Source of the DNA: Macrostomum lignano
Taxonomy: Eukaryota
DNA: 64,000 nucleotides
Direction: 5' to 3'
NCBI GenBank assembly: GCA_002269645.1
Contig: NIVC01000434.1
Span: forward strand, 372,001-436,000
The position numbers and the translations under genes were made by a program. This document shows, piece after piece, positions 12,737 to 24,364 of the stretch (positions are counted from its first letter, which is position 1; each line of letters begins with the position of its first letter). The notes under the pieces were generated by a model. That model did not search any database, was not told where the DNA came from, and was given only the letters and a program-made list of their open reading frames with translations.

Positions 12737-13668
12737 ATGAGCAGAGAAGAGTTCGGCTACGATAAGCCCGAATCGTTAACTGTTTACATTGGCAACCTGC
12801 CTAGAGATTCAATTCAAGGCGATGTTGAACACATTTTCGGCAACTGTCGCATTAAAAGCATTCGAATGGCCCGAGATCGCGAGACTGACGTCTTTAAAGG
12901 ACACGCTTTTGTTGAATTTGAGGACCACGAATCGATGCAGACTGCACTGAATCTGAATAAAGCTGTAGGTGCATTTTTCTTCGCAGTTTTTGCTTTATTC
13001 TACTAACAGTAGCAAAAAAGCATTTTAAAAATCTAACTTTTAGTTTTACGACAACAGAGAATTGAAAATCGATCGGGCGCAAAATAATCGCAATCGTAAC
13101 CAGGGATTTCGAGGTGAGTCAGCGAAATTCTGATATTCGTTTTCAATAGTGAGCTTCTGGTCATCGACTGTCTGTTACAAATGTTTATAATTGCGCACAA
13201 ACACGTTAAGGAGGCGGCGGTCGCGGAGGCGGCGGCGCTAGAGGTGGCGAAAGCTACGGCCGCGGTGGCGGCGGAAGAGGAGGCGGGGGCGGACGAGGGG
13301 GCGGAAACTACCATAGGGACGGTAGGGACTTCCAGCACCAGCAGTCTGACCGGGGCGGTGGCGGAGGCTACGGCGGCAGCTACCGCGGCAGGGGCGGCGG
13401 CGGCGGCGCTGGTGGCGACCATCAAAGACGAGAGCGTCTGTCATCCTCGGACGACCTGCCATCGGACAATCCGCCGCCCGGCCGGCCAAAGCTGAACCTG
13501 CTGCCCCGGACGGTGGACGCTCCGGTTAACGCGGCCGCTTCAACTAGGAGCGCCTCCATCTTCGGCTCTGGTCGGCCTCGCCCGCCAAGTCCACCAAACG
13601 AAGCGAGTGGCGGCGACGGTGCAGCCTCATCCGGCGATGCAGCAGCTGGCGCCGAGCAGAAGCAGTGA
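12737..13668 (+). CDS. EIF4H: Eukaryotic translation initiation factor 4H-like (RRM, RGG-rich region, C-terminal eIF4H motif), 251 aa
   Basis: Exons 12737-12964, 13044-13113, 13211-13668; GT-AG, frame closes at 756 nt. RRM motifs VYIGNL and KGHAFVEF; C-terminal RPKLNLLPRTVDAPVN...SASIFGSGRPR typical of eIF4H/4B. Confidence 0.9.
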
Positions 13669-14208
13669 GCCGGTGTCTGACCGACTGTTTTAGTGGAATT
13701 AAATTACCCACTGTCTCTACTATAAGTAGCATATGCGAAAGTGCGGTCGTGAGTGTTTTTTTAATTTTGATTTCTTTCTTATCTTTCATTCATTATTTAA
13801 TTGTTTTCTTAGCTCGTATGTTGATTTTACTAGCCTAACTAAAGTGCTTCGGGTACTTTGCCGCTAAAGCCAGACGTTGAGCTATATATATTGTTCTGAT
13901 TCTTTTTACTTAGATTTTAAGATCTTTTTACAAATAGCAAACCTGGTTGGCGTCTAAGCATATTGTGCGAGTGTTAAACTTTTTTGTTTAAATCCTTTGT
14001 TTTACTGATGTTTTCGTGCTTTTGGTTTTGTTGAATTCATATTATAATTCATCGGATGCTCTGTGGCTGTAATAGCATGTTCTAGAAATTTAAGTTTTTT
14101 TCGATACATATCGGTAAACTTATTCTTCCGATGTATTTTTATATGAATGCTATTAATATTTTTATTATTATTTATCGTAGTCAAGCACTGTTTTTAACCA
14201 GTAACACT

Positions 14209-14474
14209 GGGGGTTGTAACCTAGTGGTTAGAGCGTCGGATTCACGACTGAAAGGTCGGGGGTTCGATTCTCGGCCCCACTCGGAACAATTTGTGTCCTT
14301 GAGAAAGGCACTTAACTCTACATTGCTTCAGTTCACACAGCTGTAAAATGGGTGCCAGCATTAGCTGGGGTAATTGAGGGTGTGCGGTGACCCCCAGTCC
14401 TTGGACTGAACAGCCGTACGCAGCCTTCAGATGTTCTGGTTGCACATCTGGCCCATTAGCACATGTGTAATCAA
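14209..14474 (+). mobile_element. tRNA-derived SINE family A
   Basis: Head gggggttgtaacctagtggttagagcg...ggttcgattc (Pol III A and B boxes); body gtgtccttgagaaaggcacttaac...cagctgtaaaatgggt. Three more copies in the window. Confidence 0.85.
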
Positions 14475-15387
14475 TATTTATTATTAACCAGTAATGATAT
14501 TTTCAATCACTGTTAATTGCAGCATTAATTTTTGTCCATTTAAAATAAGAAATGGAACAGTAATCGGAAATCAGAATTATAATGTCTGCATGCCCGTGAA
14601 AAATGTTTTATTGATTTGCTCTTGTGATAATTTCGCATATTTTACCCTCATCTGCCTACTAATTAGTATTTTTAAGTATTTTTAATTCATTTTTCCCAAG
14701 AAAATTGTTTTTAACCGATTCAAACAGGTTTTGTACTTACAGTTTGAATGTTTCTGTTCATCAGCTCGCTTACTCCCTATGCAACCTATAAAACGCTAAT
14801 GACCTAGACTTGGTTCATACATTATTTCATAACTCATATTTTCCATTCATACTACTTTTTGTTTCTAGTAAGTAGGAAGTGCCTCTTTGTGCCAGACTTG
14901 TTGCTTAACAACTTATGTAATTCGCTTTTTATTTTAAGCTGATAATCACAGTGCATATTTTAATTCTCCTGTTGATTAATTAACTTTTGCTAATCGCTTC
15001 ATATTTATTGATGTCAGAATGTAACCAGCATGGATTAAGATCTTTTAATAATTACTTGATGAATGAATAATTCTTCGTTTGATTACAGACTGCTTGTGTG
15101 TACATTTTAGATTAAAGCTATTTCTACTATAACCATCTTCGTTGCAGGCTTTTTTGCTTTTGGGAATAAGAAATGTGTTTTGAAATTTGCATTGAATACA
15201 TAACTATTCATTGAGTTCGTGTTCATAAGAGATATCAATAAAATAAGCTGGTTGTTGTTTCTCATCTGCACTGTTATGACTTTTGATGATGCTTGCAATT
15301 TGCTTTTGACTGACGGGCTAAATAACTTGCATTCTTCCTGTTCCTTTGTTTTTTTGTAATTTCCTCATTTCATATTCTTACCCTTTT

Positions 15388-16340
15388 CCCTAGAATCTCC
15401 ACTATCCCTTACAGAATCTCTCCTATCCCATCTGGAATCTCCACTATCCCTTACAGAATCTCCCCTATCCCATCTGGAATCTCCACTATCCCTTACAGAA
15501 TCTCCCCTATCCCATCTGGAATCTCCACTATCCCGTACAGAATCTCCAATATCCCATTCAGAATCTCCCCTACCCATCTAGAATCTCCAATATACCATCT
15601 AGAATCTCCTCTACCCCATCTAGATCTCCGTTACCCCATCTGTAATCTCCCTTACCCCATTTAGAATCTCTCCTATCCCATCTAGAATCTCCCTCACTCC
15701 ATTTAGAATCTCCCCTATCCCATCTAGAATCTCCCCTATCCCATTTAGAATCTGACCTGCCCCATCTAGAATCTCCCTTACCCCATCTAGAATCTCCCTT
15801 ACCCCATCTAGAATCTCCCTTACCCCATCTAGAATCTCCCTTACCCCATTTAGAATCTCCTCTACCCCATCTAGAATCTCCCTTACCCATCTAGAATCTC
15901 CTCTACCCCATCTAGAATCTCCCTTACCCCATCTAGAATCTCCCTTACCCCATTTAGAATCTCCCTTACCCCATCTAGAATCTCCCTTACCCCATTTAGA
16001 ATCTCCTCTACCCCATCTAGAATCTCCCTTACCCATCTAGAATCTCCTCTACCCCATCTAGAATCTCCCTTACCCCATTTAGAATCTCCTCTACCCCATC
16101 TAGAATCTCCCTTACCCCATTTATAATCTCCCTTACCCCATCTAGAATCTCCCTTACCCCACTTAGAATCTCCCTTACCCCATCTAGAATCTCCCCTACT
16201 CCATCTAGAATCTCCCCTATCTCATTTAGAATCTCCCCTACTCCATCTAGAATCTCCCCTATCCCATTTAGAATCTGATCTGCCCCATCTAGAATCTCCC
16301 CTACCCATCTAGAATCTCCCCTACTCCATCCTGAATCTCC
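15388..16340. repeat. 21-bp tandem minisatellite (tagaatctcccttaccccatc)
   Basis: Long array of tandem copies; source of the spurious GDSRW and REILDG ORFs. Confidence 0.95.
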
Positions 16341-17129
16341 TCTAGAGGGTATACTCTTGTACAATTTGCAACTGAAGTTTTTCAAGAACTGTACTCAGAT
16401 TAGTGGGTAATTTTTAGAACGGAAATTTGCGCGATGGAAATGACGGCAAAGCATTTTATGTCCTGTATCTACGCTCGTAGGAGCTCCGCCGTGCTTTTCC
16501 TTCACTCTTGACTAATTATCGGAATGTAGCAAACTGAATCTATAATCCGCTAGTTAGATTAAAATTTTCTGCACCTGAACTGAACAAATCGAACTAGTAG
16601 ACCTCAGCTTTTCCAGTCTGCTATAGCTACAGCAATTGCGAACTTTTCGGCTCTGTTGCACAAGGAACCAACCAACAGTGTACTGAACTGTAGGTAAGGC
16701 AGTAGAGTAAATGGATGCAGCAATGACGTGCAAACAGATGTCTCTTTAGGCACTAAGTCGACGTACTACACATCTGATGCCATAGGAAATCCAAGTAAAT
16801 TGCAATGGATTCAAGTTCTATTTGCAGGAAATGAAATTCAAACAGTGCAGCTGCATGTTTCACGTGAGCAAGTGTGGATATCTCTGTACATAGATATTTC
16901 ATACTGCTTGTGCATGCGCACGGGTCTTCACCCCATCCCCTCAGAATACATGTACACTATCTAGCTGCGCAGCGCACTACATGTATACCCATTGGTCGAA
17001 GCTATATAGCGCTTTTCCTAAAAGCGAAAGTCGGTTTCTATATAGTAAACAAGACTATATAAAGCCAGTGTGGATTGGAACATTCTCAAGTCACTAACCA
17101 CTAAGAGTTAAACGGATTCTGTTACACTA

Positions 17130-17489
17130 ATGCCACCGCTGTTATTATCAACCTGGGCGCCACCGCCTGAAGACAATCTCAACTTGAAGGTTGAAGACGA
17201 TTATATAGATTTGAACAGCATACTACTCATGATAGTGCTATGCGGCGCTTGCCTGTTAGCACTGATGTGTTGTGGCCAGCTGCTGTTTCTGCTCATCTAC
17301 AGACAGTGCTGTCCGGTATCGGCCAGAGCCCAGCTGGGAAGGAATCTGTTTGGCCACAGGTTTGCTGCGAATCGGCAACAGGTGCCAGGCCTTAAGCTAA
17401 CAGACTTAACCAATGAGGACGAGCATGACCAAAAACACGACAGTGAAAACGTTGCGCTGAAGGAGTTCAAGCGGCAAGCTACTGTTTAA
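17130..17489 (+). CDS. Small predicted single-pass membrane protein, 119 aa, family unknown
   Basis: ATG-initiated non-repetitive ORF with exon-like composition. Hydrophobic, Cys-rich stretch ILLMIVLCGACLLALMCCGQLLFLLIY followed by a charged tail. Confidence 0.5.
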   Translation: MPPLLLSTWAPPPEDNLNLKVEDDYIDLNSILLMIVLCGACLLALMCCGQLLFLLIYRQCCPVSARAQLGRNLFGHRFAANRQQVPGLKLTDLTNEDEHDQKHDSENVALKEFKRQATV

Positions 17490-17687
17490 CAGCATTGATA
17501 AATTCCAAACACCTGTTTTGTTTATCGGCTGCATCCTGATGCCATTGCTGTTAACTATTTATTGTTTTTTCCTCATGAGATCAGAACTTCTAAACTTCAG
17601 GCCGTAACTGTTGCGCGTGTCTTGCCAGGCTAAACAGCTGAACAGTAATGTTTTCGATAGCAAGAGTTTTGACTTTTGAGAGCAAGT

Positions 17688-18212
17688 CTGACAGCTAGAT
17701 GAGAATATGACAGCTAGATGATGATACCTGACAGCTAGATAAATGCTTGACAGCTAGGATATCTGACAGCTAGATGAATGCTTGACAGCCAGATGATGAT
17801 ATCTGACAGCTAGATGAGGATATCTGACAGCTAGATGAATGCTTGACAGCTAGACGAATGCTTGACAGCTGGATGAGGATATTTGACAGCTAGATGAGGA
17901 TATCTGATAGCTAGATGAATGCTTGACGGCTAGATGAGGATATCTGACAGCTAGGTGATGATACCTGACAGCTAGATGAGGATATCTGATAGCTAGATGA
18001 TGATATCTGACAGATAGATGAGGATATCTGACAGATAGATGAGGATATCTGACAGATAGATGAGGATATCTGACAGATAGATGAGGATATCTGACAGCTA
18101 GATGAATTCTTGACAGCTAGACGAATGCTTGATAGCTAGATGAATGCTTGACAGCTAGATGAGGATACCTGACAGCTAGATGAATGCTTGACAGCTAGAT
18201 GAGAATACTTGA
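17688..18212. repeat. ~20-21-bp tandem repeat (ctgacagctagatgaggatat)
   Basis: Direct tandem copies. Confidence 0.95.
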
Positions 18213-19094
18213 CATACGAGTAAGAGCATTTTTCGTAACTGCTATTTGCCTGCTATTTAAAGCTTATGACAGTTGACACACCCATACGGACAATTATTTT
18301 TGACTTGCAAGAATCAATATTTAAACGGAAGTCCCCACTGAGTGAGTCACCTGACACAATTAACCCTTGGTTTTTTGTAATCAAAATTGATACTTTTACG
18401 AGTACATTTGGTAAATATTTTGTTCCAATCATAGTTTTAGCAAACAACAAACAAAATTACATGCAACACACGCTTTTATAATTTATTTTTTAATAAAAAA
18501 CGCTACTAATGCTGGACTGGCTTACTTAAAAGTAGTTCTGTGAGCGACAAGTTAAATTTATTACAAAACAAAGTAATTTTTGTCCATTTTTAAAGAAATG
18601 TTTTGTTGTTGCAAAAGCAAATTATATATTTGACAGCGATGTTTGCAAAGTGAGGGTGTGTTGGCTTGAAGATGGAGAAGCATCGGGGGCTAATAATAAC
18701 TTGTCAATTTTCATTACAATTTACAATATAATAAAAAATAAAAAACATTATTAGACTTCATTGATAAATGCCTATAGCAAATGAAATACAAGAGAAATAT
18801 GCCAATGCAATTTTAAATGGAAAAAGAGGAATACTTGCATTGACAATTAGGATAAGATGTACAATTTTGCTTTGTTGAAATGCCGCTTGGAACTAAATAG
18901 CTTCGCTATGAGATTTAAAATACGAGTAACAGTGCAAAGGCGTGTGTCAGTTTACTACAAATCTTGCAGGTTTCCAACTTTGAGAACTTTAGGAGGCATT
19001 TATTAAATACATAGCCAAAGCCTTTCATATATTTTAGTTCAAATCTTAGATTTTGTACTAATGCGGGCCTTATTCTCTGAGACTTTGATTCGTG

Positions 19095-19517
19095 CTGATC
19101 TAACCCCATGAGATTCTGTTTCATGGTGATCTAGTCTCACAAGATTCTGATTTACACTGATCTAGTCTCACGAGATTCTGTTTCATGGTGATCTAGTCTC
19201 ATGGAGATTCTGATTTACACTGATCTAGTCTCACGAGATTCTGTTTCATGGTGATCTAGTCTCATGGAGATTCTGATTCACACTGATCTAGTCTCACGAG
19301 ATTCTGATTCATGCTGATCTAGTCTCATGGAGATTCTGATTCACACTGATCTAGTCTCACGAGATTCTGATTCATGCTGATCTAGTCTCACGGAGATTCT
19401 GATTCACACTGATCTAGTCTCACGAGATTCTGATTCATGCTGATCTAGTCTCACAAGATTCTGATTCACATTGATCTAGTCTCCCGAGATTCTGATTCAT
19501 GCTGATCTAGTCTCACA
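19095..19517. repeat. ~30-bp tandem repeat (tgatctagtctcacgagattctgattcacac)
   Basis: Direct tandem copies with alternating variants. Confidence 0.95.
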
Positions 19518-19641
19518 TTAGATTTACAGTGGTCTAATCTAATTCAATCCGAGCAACCGAACACACTTTTGATAAAAATGAAAGATACTACTAATACTAG
19601 TAAAGTTATTGAAATTTGTTGAACTTGAACTTGCAAATGCT

Positions 19642-20763
19642 CTACACTCTGCTGGACATGGTATTCCGCCTGCTCTTCTGCCGGCTCCGCCGCCCGGGCC
19701 CGGCAAAGAAGCCGTAGCGCCGGCGCAAAGCCGCTAAAGCTGACGAGCTTTCAATTGGCAGAGGCGAAGCGGACGCCTGGCACTGGCGCCGGAGCGACTC
19801 GCGGCGCTTCGCCATCAGCGGCTGCGGTGTCGGCGGCTGTGGCGTCGTCGGAGTCTCATTTGACGCCAAATGTCGCTTCTTACGTGTTCGAGAATCTTGG
19901 CGTTCTTCGCTGCCGCCGCCTCGTCGACTGGACGATTTCGTCCGAGAGCTGCGGTCAATTGTTGCTTCCTCGTTGGCTTCCTGCCTACTGGCTTGCCAGC
20001 GTGCACGTTTTCGAGCCATCTTGGAGCCTAACGGAGCCGCGGGCGGAGTTATCACTGGGCTGGCAGTTGTTGAAGCTTCGTTGACAAGCTCGGCTGATTT
20101 GGCAGTTGCGGTATCGCTGTTTAGCCGCTGGGTGACTTCGTTAAGTAGATTATCGCTTTAAATGAAAAAAACGCGTTTAAGCTACTTAGTTTAGTAGTTT
20201 AAAAATATTCGCTAGTGTTGCAAAACTTAAAATTTATTAAATTTAAAACCGCGGAAATAAAAACAGCCAGGTACCAATAAGCTACTATAAGTAGTGCAAA
20301 CTAACCCGCTCTGAGCGCAGTCGGCAGTAGTGGTGCAATCAGCTAAATCATCGTCCATAGTGGCGGCCAGCCGTGGCCAGGACTCTGACAAGCTGACACT
20401 GCAGGCGTCAAAGAATTTGTCAGACGGCTGCTTGAGCTGCTGTTCGGCGCTACCCAGGTCTAGGCTGGCCCACAGCTCACCAATCGAACGCATAGGTAAG
20501 CCGATTAGTTCGTAAGCCACTTTGTTCTTATCAATGACAACCCGACCGCCTTGGTGAATGTATTCAATAGCAGCGCTGGTGCAAATTGCGGCTTGTGACT
20601 GGGTTTGGTTCTGCAAAGGTGCAGTCACGTCAGAGTCATTGTTAACCAGACCAACCACCTGGATGCTGGTACCAATCAATGGGCACCATCGCCGCAGAAT
20701 GATTCTTGATTCCGCATCAGATAAGGCAGACAGAGAGCATTGCGATGCCTGAAAATCATTCAT
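19642..20763 (-). CDS. Two-exon 323-aa protein with a probable N-terminal SANTA domain (KNL2/M18BP1-like) and a basic, low-complexity C-terminus
   Basis: Exons 20763-20306 and 20155-19642 (GG|gttag...aaag|C, phase 2, frame closes). IILRRW...SIQVVG...CTSAAIEYI...VAYELIG...KFF...ESW follows the SANTA motif order as I recall it. Gene model is well supported; the domain call is moderate. Confidence 0.55.
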
Positions 20764-23058
20764 GATAAAACTAAGCAGACAGACTGACTGAGCTGCTTAA
20801 GATGCAGAAATGTATTTTTTCAGTGCATTTCGGTTTTATAATTATCAACTGAATAACAATTTGAAATGGGCCACAACTTCTAAACATAGGTAAAACTATT
20901 GAGACAGAAAAGTATAATGATTATAAATAACATGCAATCATTTTAATCTAGAGACAGTAGTAAATACTAATTAGCTGCTACAACTATATTAACCAAAGAT
21001 TTAAAAACAATTCTATAAAATTTCATTCTTACAAACTATACTAATTATTTCTGAAATGTAATAAATGCTTATAAGACACCAATGTTAATGGGCTAGGCCT
21101 TGGTCTAACAATTAAAATATTGCAATAGACCTATATTAATTTAAGAAGTCCTAAAAGTTTAAGAAGTCTCTTTAAAGAGATATGGAGGCTAGAGAGGGGA
21201 AAGAGATAAGAGACTAGCATACTAGATTAAACAGCAACTGAATTAGACAATTACCACTTTATAGAAAAGCTTAATAGCTACTTGATATAAATGAGCTTTG
21301 TAATATTGGCACTAAAACTAGTAGTCAGATATGGAAGAGCCTATAGTATAGTATTATCTAATGAATATAAAATACAAAAAAAATATATTTAAAAAAATTA
21401 AATAAGATAATAATATACTATAGTCATAGATAAAAGATATCAAATTATTTGTTTGTAAGCTTAAAACTTTAGGAAAATTCTGTCCATTTAACATTAATGA
21501 AACTGCTATATTATACAACTAACTAGGCTTACCTAGGACTATTATTGATGTTTAGCCCTATTTATATAATAACATTAGGGTTTAAACCATGTATAGAATC
21601 ACACAAAGGAGTTATTGTGACAGAAAAAAAAATAGTTCATTTTTAAGCATAAATTTCTCACTTTCTGGGCTTAGAAGCTTGTAATAAAGCATTTAAACAA
21701 ATTTTTGTATGTATCAATTTTTTATTATAAATAGTATTGCCAAAAAATAGAAAAATTAACCAAATTATTTGTCAAAATGGTCTAGGGGCCTATTATGCAA
21801 TGAAAAAAGGTTATTCTTATTAGGCCCCTATCATAATGTAAAATAGGTCATTTACTAGGCCTATTGCAACACTAATGGAGTTTTAAGAATAGACATGCAC
21901 TTACTATTCATTTACTCACTCATACTCATATGTACTCAATCAATATACCTATCAATTTTTGTTTGGGTGTACACCTAGCATGATTCAGTCATTGGACTAT
22001 GGCTCTTTTCTAGGTCTAGAGCTAAGCCCTGGTCCCTAGCCTAGCTATTAAATTAAATACCAATGGGAAAACTCATAGGCCTATTTGTCATTTAATTAAA
22101 ATGTGCCTTTTAGGCCTATAGTTTTAAAAAAAATTATAGGCTCTAGCCTAGCCTCTAATACTTGCCTTCATAAGTTATTAGGTCTAGGTTTAGGCCTTAC
22201 AAATTCTATATCAATAAATGTGCAATTAATGAATGCTTAAACTTAAACTATTTGGCACACTTTTATTTTACTAGGCTTAAGAAATTTTGTAAAAGTATTT
22301 TGTGGATAAAAATAAAATATCTTATGGCCACCAGGCCAAGAGTTTGATCTGAAATATTTTTTGTAAAGCCTAGGGCCTAATTTGTATTAAAAGTGATTAA
22401 TGATGTCTGTTTTTTCTTCAAGGTATGACATGTTGATGTTGTTTACTATGCTAGGCCTAGCTTGCCATTTGTATGGATTACCAAAGCCCGTCGTCTATGA
22501 GTTACTTACTTTTTCTTCTTTGTGTCTAGATAGTACAGACTTGAGACTAGGCCTACAGATTATTTATTCTGCTACGGAATTTTTTAAGAAAATCACCTTC
22601 CCTTAGATGACTGAAAGACTTCGGCCGGGCCAGCCGTCGAATAGTAGGCCTAGTAGTAGTAGTAAATTGGCTTAGGCAAACAGCCTGTTTGGCAAGTAAG
22701 AACTATATATTTGAGATTAGTTTTCGTCCTAAGATTATTGTGAAAATGATGAATACTAGTTTTAAAATGATCGCAAACAAGAATAACGATAAATAACGAG
22801 TTAAAAATAAGATATTAAGCCAGGACTTAAAAAAAGCGATTGTTTTTGTAAAAAAAATTGAAGAAGGGAAAGGCATATATAACCGTATTACAAAAACATT
22901 TTAAATATTTGTTTAACTGTTAAATAAGTTGTTTTAACATTTGTATATAATCAAGAGTATGTGTATAGTGGGATGCGTAATGCGTAAAAATGCATAGAGA
23001 AGTTTTTGAAAGTACGCTTTTTAATAAATTTATTGTATAAACGGTTGACAGTTAAGTC

Positions 23059-24364
23059 GGCTACAGGTCAAAAGGGCGACAGATCAAAAGGGCGACAGTC
23101 AAAAGGGTGACAGTCAAAAGGGTGACAGTAAAGGGCGACAGTTACAGTGTATTTATATTGAAATTATGAGTTCCACGTACATTAAAAGTATTTCTTAATA
23201 GCAGTAAAAATGTATCATACTTGTATTAGTTAAAATGCGTTGTTTAAAATGTGTACGAGCAGTTAAAATGGGGTATGTATAAAAGCTGGACACGTATTGG
23301 ACACACTATTAAATGTTAAAATGCGGTTCAGCGGAGGTCCATTTATTTCACTAACCGCCTTCAGTAGATCATCTGCTGAGCGGTTGCCACGCATGAATTC
23401 TCTCCAATATTTGAATTAAGTTACTGCATGGGCCTGCATACTTCCGGTATCTGTTGCGCTGTACGCGGCGCTTTACTCCCTGGGGAGAGGACGACGTCGA
23501 GCTGCACCTCTACGGGGATCATTTGCGCTTCATTGAATAGGAGCTTGCAGATGAGCAGGTAGAATTGGATATTTCCTCGATGGGCTCTGTAGTTTAGCGC
23601 GCGATGCCAGCTCTCTAAGTCGTTGTTGGTCCTAATCGCCTGTTGAAGTAAAGAAAAATATGTCATCGCGATATGCTGAGGTGGCAGGAAGGGGAGTGCC
23701 ATCAGCTTTTGGCAGAATCGCTGAGTTCCATCATCGACACAGTATGCTGGCTGCAAGCCTAGCTGCTGAATGTGGCGCCAAAAACAGCCTGCGTGTAGTG
23801 GAAGACACATCCGCGAATAGATGCTTGTGGGAATCGACAGTTCAGATGGCTCTCCAAACTCAGTTTGGCAAACTGCAGCCTCAAGTCAACGACAAAGCCC
23901 TCAGCTGGTTTCGCATGCGGGATGATAGCCTTGAGTGCCTTTGCATGTAGGTAAGGAATTACCTAATTATGACAATGGTTAGCTTTTACTTCTCATTCTT
24001 TTCATTCTACATGTATAATTTCTTACCTCAAGTACTTGCTGGTAATCTTCGCGGCTTCTTCCAGACATGAATACAAAGGCAAGTGGGACTTGTTTCATGC
24101 TGTCTCCATTAGAGATGAACGCGTTATTGCAGTGAATGAAATAAATAAACCCCACTGAACTTTAATATGTCTAATGTCTTGTAATATATCTTGTTATTGC
24201 TTTTGATAGGAGGCAGATTCTAAGATTTTCTACGAAACGATCGGTTTCCCGTCCTTCCACTTAAGTAGTTCTTGGTCTAATATTGCCCTTTTGACTGTCG
24301 CACTTTTGACTGTCACCCTTTTGACTGTCGCCCTTTTCATCTGTCGCCCTTTTGATCGGTTGCC
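23059..24364 (-). mobile_element. Internally deleted Mutator-like (MULE) DNA transposon
   Basis: 8-bp TSD gttaagtc (23051-23058, 24365-24372). Inverted ends built from tandem gacagtcaaaaggg repeats. Transposase remnant at 23421-23810 with QKLMALPFLP and RTNNDLESWHRALN. Confidence 0.85.

Noticed and set aside
13033-13495. Ala-rich ORFs overlapping eIF4H exon 3
   Set aside because: Alternative frames of the GC-rich RGG exon; the spliced frame carries the eIF4H motif.
14209-14285. Possible tRNA gene
   Set aside because: The anticodon arm and acceptor stem do not pair well, and the sequence runs into a body repeated four times, so it is a SINE head.
15365-16385. RS/RG-like ORFs (GDSRW, REILDG)
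   Set aside because: Products of the 21-bp minisatellite.
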